Positions 1 through 13,224 of a stretch of 64,000 nucleotides of DNA are shown here, piece after piece (position 1 is the stretch's first letter; each line of letters begins with the position of its first letter). The notes below the pieces were generated by a model, which was given only the letters and a program-made list of their open reading frames with translations, ran no database searches and was not told the origin of the DNA. The translations under genes and the position numbers were made by a program. Origin of the DNA: Yuukianura sp. NJ FZ-2021 (lineage: Eukaryota); contig CM102289.1 of the NCBI GenBank assembly GCA_046563655.1, positions 2,542,001 through 2,606,000 on the forward strand. Direction: 5' to 3'.

Positions 1-1
1 A

Positions 2-2457
2 GCAATGGCATTCCTTGTTGACACAGTTGGCCCAGCTCTGGATGAAACTTATGCCGAAATTGACGGAATAACGCAAGAGCTGAAGGTTGCAATTGATAAG
101 TGGATTGAAGCTGCAGAGGCACAACAGGAAGAATACAAAAAAGCTTTGGAGAAAGCCAAACAAAGGAAAATCATGAACGACATGTTCAGCATTTTAAAAA
201 TTGGAGGTACTGCGTTAAGCATTTTGGGTGGACCGGTAGGAGCTGCTGCCGGTGGAATTATTGCCACTGGAGTGTCCATTGGTCAGAACGTTGCAATGGA
301 CCAAGGTGGAAGTATCCGGCCTCCAACTCCTTTACCCGACTCGATTAAGAAGTATGCTGATCAAATGGAAGCAAAAGCCAAAGCGACATCACCAGAGAGA
401 CAAGCTGAGCTGGACACTTTGATTTTAGAAAGTCGATCGGCTGTCCATGACAATCCAGAAACTTTAACAGTACTCAAGACTCACGTTGACAAACTTGAAA
501 AAGACAAAAAGGAGTTGCTGGAGAAAGGAGAGAAAGGAACGCTAAAACAATTCAACGATTTGGACAAAAGTGTTCAAAATAGCGAAAAAGAACTTGTATC
601 TCAACTGGAAAAGCGTGTGGATCATTTAGAGGTAAAATTTGAAATCCAAATTTAGAAATTTGTAATCCAAAATCAGAAATTTTTAAGAAAGAAAGCTACT
701 TTATAATTTGACCCTATTTGTCGCTCTGTTTGTCTGTTCAAAGTAGCATAACCTGAGTTGCTGGACATTCAACTTATTATGTTTATTATTATGCTTATTA
801 CGTTGGATAAGGTTTCAGTTTCATCCGGATGAAAAGAAATGACCGGATAAAATAGATAATCATCTTGCGATACTAATGTACTCTCGATTTATTTTTTTTC
901 TAACAGAAAGCCATGAAAGGGGAGGAGGGCACACCAGAAGAGCAAGAGGTTGCAAAAAAGCACGGCCAAAAAGCAATTGATAATATTAATCACGTCAACA
1001 AATGCGTCAAAGTCGTCGCCGATTTGGGTTTTGACGTCTACAAAACACATAAAAACGACAAAAAGGAAATTGCCCGCCTAGCTGCAATGGTGGAAGAAGC
1101 TGGAGAGCAAGTGAAGGATCTGGAAAAATACAAGGAAGCAGTCGAAGGCATTCTCGTTCCCTTTACAGATTCAGTCATTCAAGACATGGACGCTTACGCA
1201 CAAGAATTGGCGCAGCAATCCGCCGTTTTTATTCGCGTCCAGCGCTGGAAAATTGAAAAGACGCTGCGAGAGTACAACTTCTTTTTACAGGATTTCACCG
1301 AAGCGTTTCCCACCATTGCTAAACAATATGCCTTCCAAGTTGAGAATCTTCAAGAGGCAATGACTCTAATGATTGACCTCTACGAAATCATTGAGCAGTA
1401 CAATGAGCAGATGCAATTTGCTGACTACATTGCCAATATTAACTCACCGCGCGGAAGAGCAGCAGTACTTGGGCCAGAAGCTGCAAGGATTTACGATAGG
1501 ATTGACCTAGCATTGCACGCTAATTTGATTTTGATCGAGTGGGATCGCGTGATTCAAACTTTTCAACAATGGGTGTTTCCGTTTTCAGAAGTTTTTGACC
1601 CCAGCTTAAAAACTTATGACATTCCAGACTACTTGGCTCCGGAGGTCAAAGAGGTCAAAGATGTTTATGGCACGCTGATTCCAGAAATTTTGAAGAGAGT
1701 CAGCAACTTAAAAATTACACTAAATTCTTACAAGTCTGCAATTTTTGAGCCGATTGACACAGAACTGATTCTAACAGAATTCAATTCTAACAAAATCTCC
1801 ACCGTTCCGTTCTTTACCTGGAGTGGACAATCCAATCATGTATCAAGAATTCGTGACCTCTTCTTGGGCACAACCGTAACGTTTGTAGCTTCACCGAAAG
1901 AATTATTTGGACTCGGACTCAGCGCTGTGAAGTTCACCGTGGCCGAACTTGAACCGAAAGCTAGAAATGAAACATTTGAAGCCCAATTGGCCGAAAATTT
2001 GAAGAAGCTGCGCGTACGGTTGACGCATTCGGGCGTTTCGCGCTACTTGTTTGACGACATGGAAACGGAAATGGTCGGAAACAACCTCACTATTCAATAC
2101 AACTTTGAGAGAGACAGTCAAGGAAAACGACTTGGACGGAACAGCGTTTACGACAAGCTGGAAAATGGCGACATGATCTTGAGCCCCTACACTTTATGGA
2201 CTGCGCAGTTCGTTAAAGCTCATCCTGAAGTGGAGATTGACTTTGAAGAATTTGCCAAGTTGGCGTCCGCAGTTGACTTGGAATTGATTGGAAAGGGCTC
2301 CTTTGTTAGGCCAAAGGGGACATTCTCGACGAAGAGCGTCTTCAAGCGACTTCCGTTGTACACCATACGTCAAATGGAGTATATCAACCTGGACTTGCTG
2401 GACATTTTCCCTGAAAACATCGAAAAACATAAGCAAATTTACACATGGAACACCTAA
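2..2457 (+). CDS. 5'-truncated large helical protein, putative alpha-pore-forming / Tc-toxin A-like C-terminal region; exons <2-631 and 907-2457
   Basis: ORFs 5..655 and 913..2457 join in phase through a GT-AG intron 632-906 (GAG|gtaaaa...taacag|AAA GCC ATG). Coiled-coil segments flank a Gly/Ala hydrophobic hairpin (IGGTALSILGGPVGAAAGGIIATGVSIG); C-terminal beta-rich domain with LSPYTLW. The gene is well supported; the product call is tentative. Confidence 0.45.
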
Positions 2458-3010
2458 TTTATCATCATGTCTTCCTAACCTAACATTTTAACTCCAAAAT
2501 CTAACACTTTAACTTATACAACCTACCCTTTTCAAACAAAATTTTCAACAACTTACAACAAAATTTTAGCTCAAAATTTCACCGGAAGACAAAAGAACTG
2601 AATTTTGCCCAGTTTGTTCGACTTTGCCCAATTTTAATTATTCTGGAAATTAATCAACTTAAGGTGATTCCTCAAATAAATTACATTGATTTAATTTTGA
2701 ATTCATTTAATTTACTTCGGAAAACTCACTTTGCGAAACTATTATAAATCGAGTTCACCCCAAAATTAAGTACAGTTGAGGGTGAGATTAAGGCAATTTA
2801 TCATATTTTGATCTGTGTTTCCTACCAGTTATAGCTACAGGTTAATTTATTTTTTTCTACAAGTACTGGCGTTAAGTATTCTGCACAAGTCTTTTTGAAA
2901 TTACATACCAGTACTCACAGGTAATAGGAAGCAGTTCGGCCTGAGATAGTAACTGCGAAAAAAAAAATCATGACATTACATTGGGAAATTGCCACGAAGG
3001 CGTTATTGAA

Positions 3011-5439
3011 TCACATTGGTGACGATGGAGGTAAGACTTTGTGGTCGGAGCCAACAAGGCACCAAGGATCCAGCGATATACCAGAGATTTCGAACGACGG
3101 AAAGATAGAATTCTCCATGATTCCAACTTCGTACTGGCTCTCGTCTGCATCATTTGTTGAACTCTGTGGCAAAGCTTCCTCGCCAACTTGGCATGAAGAT
3201 GAAGAATCAGTCAGTCCTTGCTGTTGCTGTTCAATCCCGAAATCATCCAGCGGGCTACTGACTTTTCCATTTCCATCGAGAATTCTTCTTGCAGAAACCG
3301 GTCCCGAGTTCTTCAATGCCGAGATTCTGGAGTGTTCAGCGGCAACCGGCGTGGAAGAAATACGAATAGAATTCATCAACCGCGAAATTTTGGATTCAGG
3401 AGTTGCTGTTTCAATTCCACAATCGAAATTCGGAGTTAGTCCCGTGGTTTGTATAAAGTCACGAGGTTTGGGTGGAGTAAGTTTCAGGGCGAGATTAACA
3501 TCGGTTGAGCTGATGGCAGTTTTAGGAAGAAGCTGATTCCAATCTGTGTTTTCCAGTGCGATTTCTTCCACTTTGATTAAAAACAGCAGATCATCTTTCA
3601 AGCCTGGCTTGATTTTGTCCTCAGCTGCAAGGAAATTTTGAACTTCTTGAATCTTCTTGGTAAGATTGGCCGTAGTATTGGCGAGATAGGGCTGTTCTTC
3701 GATCTTGGGAAACACGTTCTGTATGAAGCGGAATTGTTCTGGAATTTGAATTGTGTAAAGCGCTTGGCTGCCCTTCTCACGCTGATGCTCCTGCTAAAAA
3801 TGTGAATTAAAAACATGGGTTCGATTAATTGTCTTCGTCATTTGAACTGTGGCAGGACAAGTATTATAACCTTATCGCATACTCACTTTAAAGATGTTCG
3901 GAAACCTCTTAACATCAATGGTAACATCGTGATTGGCGCAAATTTGGTTCAGCAAACCAATCAATGACTCGTGCTGGGTAAGAAATTGTGCCACCGTTCC
4001 ATAAGTATCCCTCAATAGCATCAGTTTCTGCTTCCACTCGTCCTTCAAATCTGAAAGCCGAAAAGAGTTACAGTAAACACTTACTCCGTCACTTCTTAAG
4101 TCTGTACTAACAGCGAAACTTACTTCGGCACAATTTATCTTCAATATTGGCAGAAGTAGAATCAACTGCAAGCAAGGCTTCAGCGACGTCTCTGCCATCG
4201 GGAACAAAGAACCGGGATTCCGAACGCACCATGGATAAGGCATCCACAGGAAACAATTCTGGACGTTTCTGAATCAACTTGTTTATTTTCTGCTCCTGTT
4301 CTTCTAACTCTTGTGCTACTTCACGACGATCGTTTTCTTCTTCACTGTAAAGAAAAATGAACAATGGGATCCAGCGGAAACTGTGATCGATTTTCAATAA
4401 GGATATCGCTCACGTCTTCTTTTGCTCAGCGAATACGAGAAACTTGTTAACTTGTTTTAAGCGTTCCAAACAATTGCTCGTACTGGCTTCATTGGCCTCT
4501 CGGATTTTCCGTATGTTTTCATTCTGTGTGTCAGAATCCTCACAAAATTTTGGATTCTCAATCAACGGTTGGTTTTTAGCGGCTAAATCAACAAAGTCAA
4601 CAATAAAACATTAATTTTAGTTAACACATTACGAACGACCCTCATTTATCATTTGGCTTGACAAGTTACTTTTTACTGTGGAATAGAAGTACATAGCATC
4701 CTTACCTTGAATGCGTTCGGCAAGAATGACGAGTCCGCATTGAGCGAAACATGAAAGAAACCGGACACATTTCAACCCGGACGGAGTAACGAAAAAGGCG
4801 AATTGTGGCTTAGTGTCAAAATGAAGGGGGTACGCCTACCAAGAGAATAAAAATTCCAAGTTATGATCCGTTTCATGTTCAACAGTTGATTTTGCAGCAC
4901 CTACCTCTGAAATTTCGACGACCCAAGTATAAGCCAATTTTCGGTACTCACTTTCCAGCTTTCGATCTCCACGAGTCGGCCAACAACTACGAAATTTGAC
5001 TGCACTTTCAGTTGGATACACAGTTGACAAGACTTGATAGATGACTTGAATCAATGCTTCCGTATTGTTACGAACAAACATATGCTGTGCAAGGAGAATA
5101 ACATTACGATACCAGTAAATGCTTCAGTACAGTTTACATTAAGGTCTCACAATAAATACACAACGGACGAACCTTCGTGAATTGATATTCCTGTTCGGTT
5201 CCTAAAGGTGCCGATGTTTTCTTTCCAACTGTGGCAGTGGCGGCTAAAAGTTTCTGTTTGTGTGCTTTGTCATAACGCTGAAGTATTTTGAGCGACAGAA
5301 GTAATGAATCAGTACATGTTTCAACACTTTCGTCACCTTTTTTCGCTGGAGTACTGGAGCTCATCGACAGTCTCGAATGATTTCGGAACGATTGACTCTG
5401 CAAACGCATTGTTTGATCGCCGTGCCCTGTGCCCGCCAT
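3011..5439 (-). CDS. HAUS6: HAUS augmin-like complex subunit 6 (Dgt6)-like, multi-exon; ends approximate
   Basis: MFVRNNTEALIQVIYQVLSTVYPTESAVKFRSCWPTRGDRKLESEYRKLAYTWVVEIS and the next exon FFVTPSGLKCVRFLSCFA match the HAUS6 N-terminal pattern (F..N......Y..F......F..CWP.......FRK....W / L.SPGG.KF.....FA), followed by coiled-coil exons and a Ser-rich tail. Confidence 0.75.
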
Positions 5440-6480
5440 ATTAATCACTGCAAATACACGTTCAACATGTTATTAAACGGTACATTTTTATGCTTAAACG
5501 AAACCTAACAAAATTGGAACAAGACCTCGAGTTTACTACTAATTACTTACGCTGCGTAAGTTACTGATAGATCAGATGACACCTCAACAATAACAACGAA
5601 AGTTAGTGGTTCTGTTGCGGGATGAATGTGGTTCACTGATCATTTGATAAGGTTAGTTTTCCCCAGCTAACAAGTTGTAAGTTTACAAGTGCCAAAATTG
5701 CAAAATCAATCGATCAGCAGAATCGTAGCAGAAAACGAGCAAATCAAAACAAAACACAGAAGTCACACACACAAACCTCAGAGAATCGGCCGGCAAATCG
5801 GGTGGACCGACTAATCCTAGGAATTATCCGATGTTTCAGGTCTACCCTTATCCCGGTTATATCACGTAATCGCGTTCCAAATTGATATATTGAAATTGAC
5901 GGTGATCTCTGGCAAACGGCTACTTTAATAATATTCACAATATGTAATATTACCTAATTTTAGTGTGATTTTGGTTTATTTATAAATAAATTTCGAATTT
6001 CCTGATACTCATATTGCAGAGCACGTAACGTTAGAATGTGGAATCAAAACTCACAGCGCGTTGATAGATTTCCAACGCAAACTCACGTATGACCTCAAAA
6101 CGTACGACCTCACGCGACATGAAATTGTTAAACTTTTTTTTTTTTTTTGCAAACCTTGGAAGGTAAGATTGTTGTTTTACCTTTTCACATTCTATGATGT
6201 GTCAAAACGATTTACAGCCACTGAAATCAATTAGATTGTATGAATGCTGACAGTTCTTCAGAGAAATGTAACTAAAGCAATGCAGGTTTTGGTAGATTTT
6301 CAAATACACCCTCATTTAGGACAAAAAAAATGTTTTTAGAAATTCGCGTGATTTCAATATTTAACAAATTTATTCGTTGCAAATTGAATTTTTATTCACT
6401 ACATATTGACTAATTGATTACAAGCATCCATTTCTAATTAAAATCGTAATCGTAACTCAACTACTAACCAAATGTTACAG

Positions 6481-7732
6481 TTAGTTGGCGCAAACGAATC
6501 TTTTAACGCCAGTAGAAGCGATCCAGTCGATGTAGAAGGAAGTTCTAGCGTAGACTCCAGGATAGTCATAGCGTGGACATCCATTGTTATCTTTGTTGTC
6601 AAAGTTGACCACGCCCAGTTGCTGCCACTGGTTATTTCTGTCGATGAATAACGGACCACCACTGTCTCCGTTGGCTTGCTCAGCGTGTCTTCCTTCTTGC
6701 CCTATTAAGCGTGCACAGAGTTGCCTATCCGTTTGAATGTTAATATTTGCCGTCTTATACAAGTTACGGCAATCGTTGCTGTCCATAGTGTAGCCAATAG
6801 CTTGTTTAAAAATGTTATTGTGGTTGCAGTTATATTTGCCCCAACCACCCAGTAGTACGTTTATTTGATTGTCCCAGCGGCCTCTCAGTATGCATATTGT
6901 GCGGTATTTGTTCACGTCAATTGGTTGTTCCAGTTCGTACACGGCAATATCGTTGTCATAGTATTCCGGGTTTTGATAGTTGCTGTCAATGGCAAAGGTC
7001 AAAGGTCAAAGGTCAACCAAATCATAATGGGAAATATAATATCTTATTTATAAATATATATCATATATTAAAATATAAGATAATATCCTGGATAACCAAC
7101 AAATGGTATGGAATACATTGATTATGTAGTACTTACGGATGAATATAAACGTTTTTAACGGCAATGTATTGCCCAACGTTTGGCTGGAAAACGTCTACCT
7201 TATTTACGTCGTACGGCGCTCCAGCCCAAACGAATAGGCGGCGCTGAAAAGCAGCGTTCCGATCTTTGGCAATACAATGAGCAGCGGTTAGGATATATCC
7301 ACTGTTGAGAATACTCCCGCCACACTGTTCATATTTATTTGAATCTTGTGGCTGTAAAAAAATTATTATCCAGAAATTAACTTCAAGAGAGGCTAATGTT
7401 ACAATGTGTTTGACGTTGACTGGAGAAAAAGTTAATTGTTAAAAGGAAATATTATTATAAAAATTATACATTATAAGAGAAAATGTATTCTGTCGAATAC
7501 TTACGTCCCGTTTGACAATGTACACGAGAAATGGCTCAATGCTTGGATCTTTGTTTACACCATTGTAAATTCTTGTGGAAATTACGGAAGTTGAGTCATT
7601 CGTGTAAGCAATATACTCTTCTGGAATTGGCGTCGCCGCAAACAATTTGTAATTATTTGCAAATATTACAGCAAAGAAAATGATCTTGGAAAAGAAAACT
7701 GATTGATTTTTCTTGTCCATTTTGCTTCTCAT
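6481..7732 (-). CDS. Secreted S1 (trypsin-fold) serine protease; exons 7732-7505, 7351-7137, 6982-6481
   Basis: Hydrophobic N-terminus, activation site R|IYNG, CGGSIL, LTAAHC (His), DNDIA (Asp), GDSGGP (Ser), PGVYARTS; splice phases consistent. Confidence 0.92.
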
Positions 7733-8070
7733 ACGAAACTGATGAAAATTTCGAAAGTTTTAGTAAAACTAACAATAAGACATTTCGCAACATGCGGGTA
7801 ACCTATTTCCCTCGAAAAATTTTTCCTGTACATGCCAATCAAAGTTACATTTGTATAAGAAATTACAATGCTAAACCTTGTTCTATTTTTTCTCAAACTT
7901 TTCAACTGCTACTACTTTTTGATAACTTCTTCGTAGCCTCGTTTTGCTTCGATTTAACAATATTTTAATACTCAGGTTAATAATTCATTAATTAATTTGA
8001 TAACAGTAAATTGACTTCCAGTTTGATTGCATGAACATTATGCGCGTTGCTATCAACTATGTTTGTTGGC

Positions 8071-9417
8071 CTAACTGCTTCCTCCCGTTAGGAGGAGTAT
8101 ATTTATCATATAGTTAACAATGCTCTCGTTTACACTAAAAATCATCCCTTTGTCAACAAAATTCAATGGGCCCACCTTAATAAAACAGGGTCGGAGAGCC
8201 TTTGTCTGTTTTGCTAATGCAGGATACGTTTTCTGAAATTGTTCTACGCATGACAATGAATATGAATAATCATATGCCGATCCTGACACGACTACGTTGA
8301 CGAATAGATGTACTAGGAAACTAACAAGAAATGACATAAGTACATGTGGAGATAAACCGACTCGAAAACACACCGCATAAGTAAGTGAGCTAAACGAAAC
8401 AGAAAACACAACAGAGGCTCCCAATGGCAAGGACATGAAATCGCTCGAGACTATCGCCAAGAGCCGCAAAGATGAGTAAAAATTGTTAGCTGAATTGAAT
8501 GTCCAGGGACCATGCTCCAGCTGTATCTGTATCTGCAGAGCTCTCAGCCAAAACTTTGTTGTTTCAGACAGCCAAATCCCTAGGATTGCGTATGCAATGT
8601 ATGCGTATGCTGTGAAGTAGCACAGGAACAAGAGCGCCACAGCTATAACAAGATTCAGTAAAATAGACAAGTACGGAGTGTAATTGTGTTGTCCAGAGGT
8701 TTCAGTTATGGTTTCTACTAGGACGTTAACTTCTGAAAAATAAGCGGCAGACTGCGTAACACAATATAGTACCCCAATGACAGGCCCCGCTGTAAAGTAT
8801 ATTTTCACAACCTTGGTCATAAATCCAGATTCTGGAAACTGAAAACGGTTTCCTAAATATGTACAAAAAATTTTCATCTAAAGTTGCTTTGTTGTTTTTT
8901 TAGGTATTTTTTTATAAGTAACGTCTCTTAATAATGAATAATCTAATAATAATTAATAAATAATTAATAGTTAAGCATATTAATAATGTAACAATATTCT
9001 ATTAAATAAAAATAATACTTAGTTGAATTCTTGAATTATATGTATTTTACCTCTGTTGGTGTCTAATAGGTCGAAAAAAGTGTTTAGTAGATGTAGCCAG
9101 GAGATTGTGTTAATCATGAAATTCAAATGAACAACACAATTGAAGCAGGACACAAAAGAAAGTGTCATACACGTTAAGGTCAGCATTAAATTTAAATTAT
9201 TTGCCCAATTTTTTACTCCTAAACTAAACCACCCGATTACACTCAGAATGTCAAATATTAAGATGCAGATGGCGCCTTTTCGGTACCTTTCGGATTCATC
9301 AACAACAAATTTTCCTTTGGAGTCGCTCCATTTCACAGGATTCCTAAAAGTTTTGTGAGCATTCTCTAACGAACGCAACAGCATACCAAACGCTACATCT
9401 ACTTTTGATTTCGACAT
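8071..9417 (-). CDS. Gustatory-receptor-like 7TM chemoreceptor, copy 1 (2 exons)
   Basis: Multiple hydrophobic helices; C-terminal LRPCFIKVGPLNFVDKGMIFSVNESIVNYMINILLL resembles the GR/OR TM7 region; one intron of about 9050-8853. Confidence 0.75.
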
Positions 9418-10798
9418 TGTGAAAAATGGGTTTTCTGTATGTGGGCTTTTAGTTGAAAGTTGTTGTCGGGGATTGAACTCCAATAAGTCTCAAATTGTTC
9501 TAAATCTAAAAGAACTTAAACCGAAGCCCATAAAAATTTGGGAGTTGTTTGAAACTTCTCCCAGAATGATTAGCTAAATGTTTTAAGTGTAATTATTTTC
9601 AAAGTTGTCGACCATTCTCAAATATTCCGCTTTTTTTTGTAGACGGCAGAGTTAGTTATGAAGGTTCAGCCTTTTCCACGAATTTTTGCAAAATGACGCA
9701 TGTTTTGAAATTTCGTTTAATAAAAAATTTGTGATAAGTTGAAAAAAGCAAGTGAAAAAGGCCGTAAAAAGAATAAACATTCTTTTTCAACGCTTTTTAG
9801 TTGCAAATTTAATGCTTCCTGCTGGAACGAGGCAATAATATCGGCTCCAATATATCAAGAAAATGAAAAATTTTAAGATGCCATTAGCATGCGTTTGGAA
9901 CTTAAGAAATTTATACAAGAAAGTCCCGGGAAAAAAATTGCGAAAAAGACATCTCCGTCATCATCTTAATCGATCGTACTGAATAAGTTATGACTCAAAA
10001 TTTTCCAAAGATGAAATTGAAATAGTCTTTTACTTACTAAAAGTGAAATTTACTTAACTTTTTTGAGTAATTTATCTAAAAATCGTCGTTTATTAAAGTT
10101 TAGTTTATTGCAGTAGTTTATTAAAAATTATTGTAATCAGATTATGTATTGGGCTTCGGACATAAAAATATGTGCTTCTCAAGGAAGAAATTTTGTACTA
10201 AAATTAGCACGAATTTGTACCTTAAATGAAGTTGCGCCACCGAAGGTGCTTGATAGAGCTGCCATACATATTATATTTAAATATAAAATATTTTAATATT
10301 TGGGGGAGAAAACAAATATTGAGAAAACATAATTATTTGACCTAATTTGTTGACGATTTTTAAAAATATCAAGTGCATGGCTGTATTTTGCCGATTTTTG
10401 AAAAAAACAAACAAACAAACCTGGAAACCGACTTGCTTGAATGATATCTTGACAAAAATTTGTACCTTAGAAAACAGTCATGTTTTTCCTTTATGTGAAT
10501 TTTCTTTTTAGGGGAATTTCTTATTCATAAGTACACAAAGTAATGTCCTCACACTCTGCCTTCCGGCGTAAATAGATTAAAAGCAAACTGCCTGCAAGTT
10601 TCCGACCTTCTTTAACACAATTAACTTTTCTTCCCATAAATATTACAAGTTTTAGTATTTATTTAAATAACTAATAAATAATGTATCTTCTGGTTTTGAT
10701 ATTATTAATAGGTAAATATTTTATTGGTTTTTAGCGCATATTTTTGACACCTCTAGTCATAGAGTATCACTAGTAGAACAAAAATGGGATCTGGGAAT

Positions 10799-12012
10799 CT
10801 AACTACTGCCTCTAGTTAGGAGGAGTATATTTATCATATAGTTAACAATGCTCTCATTTACACTAAAAATCATTCCTTTGTCAACAAAATTCAAAGGGCC
10901 CACCTTAATAAAACAGGGTCGTAAGGCCTTTGTCTGTTTTCCTAATGCAGGATACGTTTTCTGAAATTGTTCTACACATGACAATGAATATGAATAATCA
11001 TATGCCGATCCTGACACGACAACGTTGACAAATAGATGTACTAAGAAACTAACAAGAAATGACATAAGTACATGTAGAGATAAACCGACTCGAAGACACA
11101 CTGCATAAGCATAAGTAAGTGAGCTAAACGAAACAGCAAACACAACATAGGCTCCTAATGGCGAGGACATGAAATCGCTCGAGACTATCGCCAAGAGCCG
11201 CAATGATGAGTAAAAATTGTTTGCCGAAGTGAATGTCCCGGGGCCATGCTTCAGTTGTATCTGTATCTGCAGAGTTTTTAACCAAAATTTTGTTGTTTCA
11301 GAAAGCCAAATTCCCAGGATTGCGTATGCAATGTATGCGTATGCCGAGAAGTAGCATAGAAACAAGAGCGCCACAGCTATAACAAGATTCAGTAAAATAG
11401 ACAAGCACGGAGTGTAATTGTGTTGTCCAAAGGCTTCAGTTATGCTTTCTACTAGGGCGTTAACTTCGGAAAAATAGGCGACACACTGCGTAACAAAAAA
11501 TAATGCTCCAATGACAGGCCCCGCTGTAAAGTATAATTGCACAACCTTGGTCATAAATCCAGTTTCTCGAAACTGAAAACGGTTTCCTAAATAAAAAAAA
11601 GTTTTATTTAAAGTTGAACTTTGTTGTTTTTTATATGTATTTTACCTCTTTTGGTGTATAATAGGTCGAAAAAGGTGTTTAGCAGTTGTTGCCAGGAGAT
11701 TTTGTTAATCAGAAAATTCAAATGAACAACACAATTGAGGCAGGAAGCAAAAGAAAGTGTCATACACGTTAAGGTCAGCATTAAATTCAAATTATTTGTC
11801 CAATTTTTTACACCTAAACTAAACCACCCGATTACACTCAGAATGTCAAAGATTAAGATGGAGATGGCGCCTTTTCGGTATCTTTTGGATTCATCTTCAA
11901 CAAATTTTCTTTTGGAGTTGTTCCATTTCACAGGATTGCTAAAAGTTTTGTGAGCATTCTGTAACGAATGCAACAGCATACCAAACGCTACATCCACTTT
12001 TGCTTTCGACAT
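10799..12012 (-). CDS. Gustatory-receptor-like 7TM chemoreceptor, copy 2 (2 exons)
   Basis: Close paralog of copy 1 in both exons; short intron of about 11646-11588. Confidence 0.75.
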
Positions 12013-12219
12013 TGTGAAAAATTAGTTTGTGTATGTGGGCTTTTAGTTGAAAGTTGAACAATGTTGATGTTGGGATTGAACTCCAATACTAAGTCTCAAA
12101 TTGTTCTAAATCTAGAAGAACTTAAACCGAAGCCCATAAAAATTTGGGAGTTGCTTGAAACTTCTACCAGTTGTCGGCCATTTTCAAATATTCAGCTTTT
12201 ATTTATAGACGGCTGAGTT

Positions 12220-12313
12220 TAAGGTTCCTTGACAACGAAAAGTTGTTGTTTTGTTTGTTTTTCGTTAGCGAAAAACAAACAAAACAACAACATTTCGTTG
12301 TCAAGGAACCTTG
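12220..12313. mobile_element. Hairpin MITE: 44 bp inverted arms with 4 nt loop, 8-9 bp target-site duplication
   Basis: 12221-12264 is the reverse complement of 12269-12312 with one mismatch; flanked by (G)GCTGAGTT at 12211-12219 and 12313-12321; the paralogous site at 9645-9653 (GGCAGAGTT) is empty. Confidence 0.9.
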
Positions 12314-13224
12314 GCTGAGTTAATTATGAAAATTCAGCCTCTTCTACGAGCTTTTGCAAAATGCCTCCCCTTTCGAAACTTCGTTTAATAAGACATTTGC
12401 GATAAGTTCACATAAGTAAATGACAAAGGCCGTTCATGCATCCACTCTAATTCCTTTTCAACGATTTTTAGTTGCAAATTTAATGCTTCTTGCTGGAGCG
12501 AGGCAATAATATTGGCTGCAATATGTCAGGAAAATTAAAAATTTTACAATGCCATCAGCATGCTTTTGGAGCTTAGGAAATTTATACAAAAAAGTCCCTG
12601 GAAAAAAAATTCCAAAAAAGACTTCTCCGTCATCACCTTAATCGATCGTACTAAATAAGTTATGACTCAAAATTTTCCAAGGATAAAACTAAAGTAGTCT
12701 TTTACTTATTAAAACTAAAATTCACTTAACTTTTTTAAGGAATTTATCTAAAAATCGTCGTTTATTAAAGTTTAGTTTATTGCAGAAGTTAGCACAAATA
12801 TCAAGTGCATGGCTATATTTTGCCGATTTTTGACAAAAAAAAAACTTGGAAATCGACTTGCTTGAATGATATCTTGACAAAAATTTGTACCTCAGAAAAC
12901 TGGGCATGTTTTTTCTTTATGTGAATTTTCTTTTTAGGGGAATTTCTAATTCATAAGAACACAAAATAATGTCCTCACACTCTGCCTTCCGGCGTAAATA
13001 GATTAAAAGCAAACTGCCTGCAAGTTTCCGACCTTCTTTAACACAATTAACTTTTCTTCCCATAAATATTACAAGTTTTAGTATTTATTTAAATAACTAA
13101 TAAATAATGTATCTTCTGGTTTTGATATTATTAATAGGTAAATATTTTATTGGTTTTTAGCGCATATTTTTGACACCTCTAGTCATAGAGTATCACTAGT
13201 AGAACAAAAATGGGATCTGGGAAT

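Noticed and set aside
2970..3536. 188 aa plus-strand ORF and other antisense ORFs (for example 25743-26189, 24396-24773, 17165-17581)
   Set aside because: They are shadows of better-supported genes on the opposite strand and show no motifs.
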